Shown here one piece after another: positions 58,010-64,000 of a DNA stretch of 64,000 bases. The translations under genes were made by a program, and so were the position numbers. The stretch lies in assembly GCA_963668675.2 (NCBI GenBank), contig CAXXMB010000002.1, positions 3,136,001 through 3,200,000 of the forward strand, written 5' to 3'. The DNA comes from an uncultured Desulfatitalea sp. Its GTDB lineage: Bacteria > Desulfobacterota > Desulfobacteria > Desulfobacterales > Desulfosarcinaceae. How positions within the stretch are numbered: the stretch's first letter is position 1; each line of letters begins with the position of its first letter. The notes beneath the pieces are model-generated. The model saw only the letters and a program-made list of their open reading frames with translations, was not told the DNA's origin and did no database searches.

Positions 58010-59549
58010 TATCGCGAATTTTTTCATAGAGCGGTTTGAGCCGCTTGTACATCTGCCGGTAGACTTCATGATAGAGACGGTTGTACTGGCGGTGCTGAAC
58101 CGGGTCGGGTTCGAACAGGGTGCCGGTATGGGTCATGGCCTGGACCGCCGAAGTAAAATCAGGGTAGAGATCGAGGCCTACCGCTGCGTCGATGGCGGCT
58201 CCCAAACCGGCAGTTTCATAAATATGGGGACGGGCCGTCGGCAGCCCGAAGATGTCGGCCGTGAGTTGCACTGCCTGGTCGCTTTGCGATCCGCCGCCCG
58301 ATACCCGCAACGTGGTGATCCGGGTTTTGGCCCGTCGCTCGAGGCGCTCTTTGCCCTCGCGCAGGGCATAGGCCAGTCCTTCGAGCATGGCGCGATAGAG
58401 ATGGGCGCGGGTGTGGACATCCCCGAAGCCGATGACGGCCCCTTTGGCTTCCGGGCCCGGAAACTTCAAACCGGGACTCCAGTAGGGTTGCAGCATCAGC
58501 CCCATGGCGCCGGGCGGGACCTCTTCGAGCAGCCGTTCGAACAGGATTTCGGGTGTGACTCCCTTCTCCTGCGCCTTTTGCTGCTCCAGATGGCCGAACT
58601 GCTCTTTGAACCACTCGACCATCCAGTAGCCCCGGTAGACCTCTACCTCAACGTTGTAGTGGCCCGGTACCGCGGCCGGGTAGGCGGGCAGAATCCGGAT
58701 CGGTTCGACATAGCGTCCGTGGGTCATGTTGATGGTGGCGGTGGTGCCGTAGCTCAGACATCCGATATGGCTGGCCAGGGCGCCCGATCCGATCACCTCG
58801 CACGCCTTGTCCGCTGCCGCTGCGATCAACGGAAGGCCGGCGGGAATCCCCGTCTCTTCGGCTGCCCGGTTGCTGATCTGACCCATCGGGGCGGCCGGCG
58901 CAATCAGTTTTGGCAGCATGCTTTCGACAACCGGCAGGCATCGCCAGTGCCAGTCCCATTTGCGGGCCCACTGCAGGCGCTTGTAGTCGAAGGGGATGTA
59001 GCCGACCTGACATCCCACCGAGTCGACAAATTCTCCAGTGAGCTGGTAGGTGAGATAGCCGGAGAGCAGCAGGTATTTGTGGGTGCGGCGCCACACGTCG
59101 CTGTCGTACATCGCCAGCCAGTTGGCTTCTGCTTCGGAGCGAATGTAGTTGATTGTACCGCTCAGGCCGGCCAGGCGGAAGATCCAGCCCCATGCACCGC
59201 CCAGGGGCGGCAGTCCGCGTGACTTGCGCTGATCGAGCCATATGATGGCAGGGCGCAGCGGTTTTCCATCCCTGTCCATGTTGACCACTGTGGCCCTCTG
59301 GGTCGTCAAGGCCACGCCGGCTATCGCCTCCCTGGAGACGTCGCCGGATGCCCACAGCTTTTGGCACGCTTCGCAGAGGGCGCTCCAGAAGCGTTCCGGG
59401 GCCTGTTCGGCCCATCCGGGCTGCGGGGAGACATAAGGCTTGAAGGCCACCTGCGATTTGGCTGTCATCTGACCATTAAGATCGAACACCATCGCCTTGA
59501 GACTCTGGGTGCCGTTGTCGATGGCCAGAATCAGGTCACTTTGAGGCAT
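57984..59549 (-). CDS. FGGY-family carbohydrate kinase
   Basis: [34 protein letters not shown]. Confidence 0.93.
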   Translation of the reverse strand: MPQSDLILAIDNGTQSLKAMVFDLNGQMTAKSQVAFKPYVSPQPGWAEQAPERFWSALCEACQKLWASGDVSREAIAGVALTTQRATVVNMDRDGKPLRPAIIWLDQRKSRGLPPLGGAWGWIFRLAGLSGTINYIRSEAEANWLAMYDSDVWRRTHKYLLLSGYLTYQLTGEFVDSVGCQVGYIPFDYKRLQWARKWDWHWRCLPVVESMLPKLIAPAAPMGQISNRAAEETGIPAGLPLIAAAADKACEVIGSGALASHIGCLSYGTTATINMTHGRYVEPIRILPAYPAAVPGHYNVEVEVYRGYWMVEWFKEQFGHLEQQKAQEKGVTPEILFERLLEEVPPGAMGLMLQPYWSPGLKFPGPEAKGAVIGFGDVHTRAHLYRAMLEGLAYALREGKERLERRAKTRITTLRVSGGGSQSDQAVQLTADIFGLPTARPHIYETAGLGAAIDAAVGLDLYPDFTSAVQAMTHTGTLFEPDPVQHRQYNRLYHEVYRQMYKRLKPLYEKIRDITGYPQHE

Positions 59550-59598
59550 GGGCAATTACACCTTTACTCTAAACGTTCCACTTTCATACTTTCAACTC

Positions 59599-59693
59599 CG
59601 GGCGGGCATAAAGCCCGCCCCTACACGGTTCGTGTATGGCGACAGGATGTGTTTCTACTCAAACGTCGTAGGGGCGGGCTTTATGCCCGCCCG
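59599..59693. repeat. REP doublet (REPIN-like): two inverted 26-bp GTAG-type palindromes
   Basis: CGGGCGGGCATAAAGCCCGCCCCTAC (59599-59624) is the exact reverse complement of GTAGGGGCGGGCTTTATGCCCGCCCG (59668-59693); 43-nt spacer. Confidence 0.85.
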
Positions 59694-59745
59694 TTACATC
59701 CGCTTAAGTTAATGACATTGACTTTCAACCCCCGGCGAAGCCGGT

Positions 59746-61374
59746 CTAAATATACCGCAAGAAGAGATTGGCAAGGCGTTTTTTGAGCCCTCGCCAGCTC
59801 TTCGTGACGGTTCTCTCCTCTTGTGCCAGCCAGGGGAAGCCGTGGGTCCGTTGCCAATGGTCCATGTACGCCAGCGTCTCCCGGTGCCAGCGGCGCAGGT
59901 CCCACCCCAGCGCCGGTCGGCACAACTTCCCGATCCGCGTCAGGTATGCTTTGCCGCCCTCGGGCAGCAGCAACCCGATGCGCACGCGTCGAAGCAAAAG
60001 ATCGGGGAGGTGCCGTACCGATTCGTTAGCAGCTGAATAGGGCAGCTCCGCCCACAGCGTTTTCGTACCGGGGATCGGTGTCAGGTCTTCGGGGCCAGCC
60101 TCTTGGACCAGGGTGACGGCGTTCCGACCGTATCGTCCGCACAACCGTTGCCAGGCGGACGCTTCGATGGCGCTCTTCGGGGGAGGGCTCTCTCCATCGT
60201 CGAATCCGCCTGTATCGGCCGACGGCTTGGCCATCTCGGGAAGATAAGATTGGGCAACCTTGAGCGCATCCAGCGCCACCCTGCGGTAGGTGGTCAGCTT
60301 GCCACCGGCAATGGTGACCAGCCCGCGCTCTTCCCACACATCGTGCTCCCGTGACTCCTCGGACGGGGACCGGTTGCCGCCGCTGCTGATGACTGGGCGC
60401 AGACCGGCCAGGGAGGAGATGCACTGCCGGATAGAGATTCCCAATGAGGGAAAGAGGGCGCGTACGCCATCGATCAGATAGTCGGCCTCCTCTTTGGAGA
60501 TGACGGGTTCGATGTTCAGATCCTCGTCGTGATCCAAATCGGTGGTTCCCACCAGGACGACGCCCTCCCATGGAATGGCGAAAATGGCCCGCTGGTCTTG
60601 GGGATGGATGAATGAGACGGCTTGATGCACTGGCAGGGCCTGCTTGGGAAAGATGAGATGGCTGCCCCGCAACGGCCTGAGACGCTTCTTTTTTTGGGGC
60701 TGCGGATGGAGTGCCTCGGCCCAGCAGCCGGTGGCGTTGATGACGGCTCGGGTTTCGATGGATCGGGTCTCTCCGGTCTCGCTGTCCTGCAGCGTTGCGC
60801 CGGTGACCACGCCCCGCTCGTCGCGGTTCACTGTCACAGCCGTAGTGTAGTTGCGTGCCGTCCCGCCGGCTGCTCTCCCCTCGGCGATCAGGCGCAGCAC
60901 CAGGCGTGCATCATCTACCTGGGCATCCCAGAACTCATAGCCGCCGCTCAGCTCTTTGCGGTCGATGAAGGGCACCCGGGCGACCAGTGCATCTGCTTCG
61001 AGAAATCGGTGCTGGCGTTTCTGGGCCAGCAGGTCGTAGATCGAGAGGCCGGCCTCCAGGGTCCAGCGGCCCGGGCCGCGGCCTTTGTAAACGGGAACGA
61101 GGAAGGCGATGGGGGCGACCAGGCCGGGCGCTTCGCTCAACAGTCGTTCGCGCTCCTTGACGGCGTCTCGCGTGAGCAGGAAGTGCCCCTCTTTCAGATA
61201 GCGCAGTCCACCATGAATCAGTTTGGACGATCGGCTGGAGGTGCCCCAGGCAAAATCGTGCTGCTCCACCAGGACCGATTTCAAACCCAGGCGGGCGGCT
61301 TCGTGGAATATCCCTGCGCCGGTGACACCGCCTCCGATGATCAGCAGGTCGCAGGTGTCGGGCAACTGCTCCAT
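59746..61374 (-). CDS. FAD-dependent glycerol-3-phosphate dehydrogenase/oxidase-like protein
   Basis: IIGGGVTG, GTSSRSSKLIHGGLRYL, DDARL, GGKLTTYR. Confidence 0.93.
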   Translation of the reverse strand: MEQLPDTCDLLIIGGGVTGAGIFHEAARLGLKSVLVEQHDFAWGTSSRSSKLIHGGLRYLKEGHFLLTRDAVKERERLLSEAPGLVAPIAFLVPVYKGRGPGRWTLEAGLSIYDLLAQKRQHRFLEADALVARVPFIDRKELSGGYEFWDAQVDDARLVLRLIAEGRAAGGTARNYTTAVTVNRDERGVVTGATLQDSETGETRSIETRAVINATGCWAEALHPQPQKKKRLRPLRGSHLIFPKQALPVHQAVSFIHPQDQRAIFAIPWEGVVLVGTTDLDHDEDLNIEPVISKEEADYLIDGVRALFPSLGISIRQCISSLAGLRPVISSGGNRSPSEESREHDVWEERGLVTIAGGKLTTYRRVALDALKVAQSYLPEMAKPSADTGGFDDGESPPPKSAIEASAWQRLCGRYGRNAVTLVQEAGPEDLTPIPGTKTLWAELPYSAANESVRHLPDLLLRRVRIGLLLPEGGKAYLTRIGKLCRPALGWDLRRWHRETLAYMDHWQRTHGFPWLAQEERTVTKSWRGLKKRLANLFLRYI

Positions 61375-61518
61375 GCGTGCTCCCCAAATTTGTGTTCGAC
61401 AATTGGTTTATATCATATCATGATGCGTTTATGCGATAGTGGAGAGCACTATTTTAACTGCACTCAGCCGGATAGCGCCTCTCGCAGCCGTTGACACCCT
61501 CAGCCAAGGAGCGTTGCC

Positions 61519-63213
61519 ATGTACAAAGATCGTCCCGATCCGGGATGGTTCGGAGAGCCCTTTCCCGAGAAGAGCTACCGATCGATTTTTAAATGGGGTG
61601 CGCCGGGTCGCCACTACCATCCGAAATCCGGATTGGTCAGCCTCTTGCGTGAGCGCATGTCGCTGTCGACCGATGCGTTCACTGCACCTGTCAACACCGG
61701 GGTCACAGTGGTCGGGGAGTGTCCGTCTCCACGTCTTTCGCCCGATCATCTCTCTGCCCTTGCGGATATGGTCGGCCTGGAGAATGTCAGCCACGACGAC
61801 TACACCCGGGTTCGCTATGCCCACGGGCAGTCCGTAGAAGAGATCCTCAAGCTACGGCATGGGCAGCCCGACGCCTTGTCGGATGCGGTGGTGCATCCGC
61901 GTCACAAAGAAGATGTGCAGCGCATCGTGGCCTATTGCCACCACCACCGGATCCCCCTGACCGTATATGGGGGTGGTTCATCAGTCACGCTGGGCTTAAC
62001 TCCGGCCCGCGGCGGGGTGACGCTGGTCATGCAGACCCATATGAACCAAGTGCTCGATGTGAACGAGGTCAACCAGACCGCCACCGTCGAGGCGGGGATC
62101 CTTGGGCCGGCCTATGAGGCCGCTCTCAACGGTGCGCCCGGTCGTTTCAATTCGAAGCATCGCTACACCTGCGGTCATTTCCCCCAATCCTTCGAGTACT
62201 CCACCGTCGGCGGGTGGATCGCCACTCTGGGAGCCGGGCAGCAGTCCAGCTACTATGGTGACATTTATGATATCGTCGTCAGCCAGGAGATCGTCAGCCC
62301 CGTGGGAACCGTCACCACATCCGATTTTCCGGCCACAGCCACCGGCCCCAAGGTCAACGATATGCTCAAAGGCAGTGAAGGTGCCTTCGGCGTTCTTACT
62401 GCTGCAACCCTGAAGGTCTTCCGTGCCATGCCCGAAAACCGACGGCGCTTTGCCTACATGCTGCCCGGTTGGAAAGCGGTCGTTAAGGCTTCGAGAGCCA
62501 TCGCCCAGGGGGAGTTCGGCATGCCCTCCATGCTTCGCATTTCAGACCCCGAGGAGACCGAAGCGGCCCTTCACATCTATGGCCTGGGCGGGGGGTGGGT
62601 GGATCGACTGATGCGGTTGAAGGGACTCTTGCCCATGAAACGCTGCCTGCTGATCGGTCAGAGCGATGGAGAGAGGTGCTTTGCGCGCAACATTGCGCGG
62701 CAGAGTCGTCGCATCTGCCGCCGGCTGGGCGGGCTTTGGCTCAGCGGATATCCGGTCAACCGTTGGGCCCACAGCCGCTTTCTCGATCCCTACATGCGTG
62801 ACGATCTGCACGACATGGGCATTCTGATCGATACCCTTGAGACGGCCGTGACCTGGGACCGTATCGAGGCAGTTCATGAGGGTGTGCGCCAACTGATTAA
62901 GGCGCGGCCCCAAACGATCTGCTTGTCCCATGCCTCGCATTTCTATCCCCAGGGGACTAATCTCTACTTCATTTTCATGACGCCCATGACTGACGTGGAA
63001 GATTATAATGCTTTTCAGGCGGAGATCATTTCACGGATCGTGGCGTGCGGAGGATCGCTCAGCCACCATCACGGCGTGGGCAAACTCATGGGGCGGTGGA
63101 TGGAGGGGCATCTCGGGGAGGAGCAGATGGCGGTATTGAGAGCGCTGAAACGCCACTTTGACCCGCACGACATCATGAATCCGGGGGGAACGCTGGGGTT
63201 GGATGGCGGCTGA
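61519..63213 (+). CDS. FAD-binding oxidoreductase, alkyl-DHAP-synthase-like
   Basis: YGGGSSV, GHFPQSFEYSTVGGW, GSEGAFG, SHHHGVG, MNPG. Confidence 0.88.
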   Translation: MYKDRPDPGWFGEPFPEKSYRSIFKWGAPGRHYHPKSGLVSLLRERMSLSTDAFTAPVNTGVTVVGECPSPRLSPDHLSALADMVGLENVSHDDYTRVRYAHGQSVEEILKLRHGQPDALSDAVVHPRHKEDVQRIVAYCHHHRIPLTVYGGGSSVTLGLTPARGGVTLVMQTHMNQVLDVNEVNQTATVEAGILGPAYEAALNGAPGRFNSKHRYTCGHFPQSFEYSTVGGWIATLGAGQQSSYYGDIYDIVVSQEIVSPVGTVTTSDFPATATGPKVNDMLKGSEGAFGVLTAATLKVFRAMPENRRRFAYMLPGWKAVVKASRAIAQGEFGMPSMLRISDPEETEAALHIYGLGGGWVDRLMRLKGLLPMKRCLLIGQSDGERCFARNIARQSRRICRRLGGLWLSGYPVNRWAHSRFLDPYMRDDLHDMGILIDTLETAVTWDRIEAVHEGVRQLIKARPQTICLSHASHFYPQGTNLYFIFMTPMTDVEDYNAFQAEIISRIVACGGSLSHHHGVGKLMGRWMEGHLGEEQMAVLRALKRHFDPHDIMNPGGTLGLDGG

Positions 63214-63396
63214 GATCATATTTTATAGTAGCCCAGCCACTCGCCTGGCGATGATATCAGGTGGTTCAACTCATTGATGTTGGCGTTGCAGGACATCTGC
63301 CTGAATCGATCCTTTGCCTTCTTCATGCGTTCTATGATGTAAAATTATTCGATGTGAATTTTTACTTGACAAAATATAAACTGAACGACAATTATA

Positions 63397-63410
63397 TGAC
63401 TGGCCAGTCA
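63397..63410. promoter_or_regulatory. Perfect 14-bp palindrome, candidate TetR operator
   Basis: TGACTGGCCAGTCA between TTGACA (63366) and the tetR RBS. Confidence 0.6.
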
Positions 63411-63434
63411 GTCAAGGCGAGGCGAGGAGGGGAT

Positions 63435-64000
63435 ATGCCCAAAGAGACCTTTTTCAGGATTGCCGAAGACAAGCGGGAGAGGCTTTTGCGCGAAGCGGCA
63501 GCGCTGTTTGCCGAGCGTGGTTACAACCAAGCCGATGTTGCCGAAGTGGCCAGCCGTGCCGGCGTTGCCAAAGGGTCGATCTACAACTATTTCGAGAGCA
63601 AAGAGGATCTCTACCTCTATGTCTGCAGGGACGGCATGCAGCGTTCCCGCCAGGCCATCTACGGTGATCTGGATCCCGACTGGGACATCTACCGCCAGAT
63701 CGAACACATTTTCAGGCAGGGGGCGCAATTCGTCGCCAGCCATTCGGAATATCTCATTCTCTACGCCAATATCTCATCGGCCGGCATGAAGCGTTTTTCC
63801 GACCAGATGTCCCTGGATGTTGAGAAATACACCGCCGACCATCTCAAACGGCTGATCCGCAGGGATATTCAAAAAGGGCTGATCCGCGATGACCTGGATG
63901 TCAATTTTGCGGCCTTTTTGGTGAACAGTCTCTATATCATCTTCATGACCTCGCTGGTCTCCAACCATTTTAAAGTCAGATTGAAAGAGTACCTGGAGAT
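63435..64000 (+). CDS. TetR/AcrR family regulator (3' truncated by the window)
   Basis: Hand translation MPKETFFRIAEDKRERLLREAAALFAERGY...VASRAGVAKGSIYNYFESKEDL; RBS GAGGAGG. Confidence 0.92.
   Translation, partial: MPKETFFRIAEDKRERLLREAAALFAERGYNQADVAEVASRAGVAKGSIYNYFESKEDLYLYVCRDGMQRSRQAIYGDLDPDWDIYRQIEHIFRQGAQFVASHSEYLILYANISSAGMKRFSDQMSLDVEKYTADHLKRLIRRDIQKGLIRDDLDVNFAAFLVNSLYIIFMTSLVSNHFKVRLKEYLE

Overview
Gene-dense bacterial chromosomal window. Gene content suggests a sulfate-reducing Desulfobacterota/Desulfobacterales-like organism (inference only). 1-24.2 kb is a signal-transduction island: six histidine kinases (one a REC-HK hybrid), two sigma54 (NtrC-type) activators, five stand-alone receivers, three SLC13/DASS carboxylate/anion transporters (one fused to a receiver domain), two USPs, a CBS-ACT protein and a GNAT, with four near-consensus -24/-12 promoters and candidate enhancer sites. 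24-47 kb holds mixed genes: CorA, DUF21, amylosucrase-like GH13, SPOR-NlpC/P60 lipoprotein, USP, SulP, MBL hydrolase, a long pentapeptide-repeat protein, oxidoreductases, PilZ, vWA-FHA, IHF and an SthA-like flavoprotein. The highlight is 47.8-58.0 kb, a co-oriented RiPP-like cluster. It encodes a 49-aa precursor with a lasso-type leader and a Tyr-rich core (…EEATA|YVYYYYTYIFD), a lasso B2-type peptidase, a PqqD/RRE, a formyltransferase, an HPr-kinase-like fusion, a radical SAM/SPASM enzyme, a GT9 glycosyltransferase, an ABC exporter, a nucleotidyltransferase and an APH-like kinase. It has no lasso cyclase and no ring-forming Asp/Glu, so it is a candidate new RiPP class. The window ends with an FGGY kinase / GlpD-like / alkyl-DHAP-synthase-like trio and a TetR gene. 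Small palindromic repeats are present. No rRNA, tRNA, CRISPR array or transposase was recognised. All family calls come from motif recognition by eye, not database searches.
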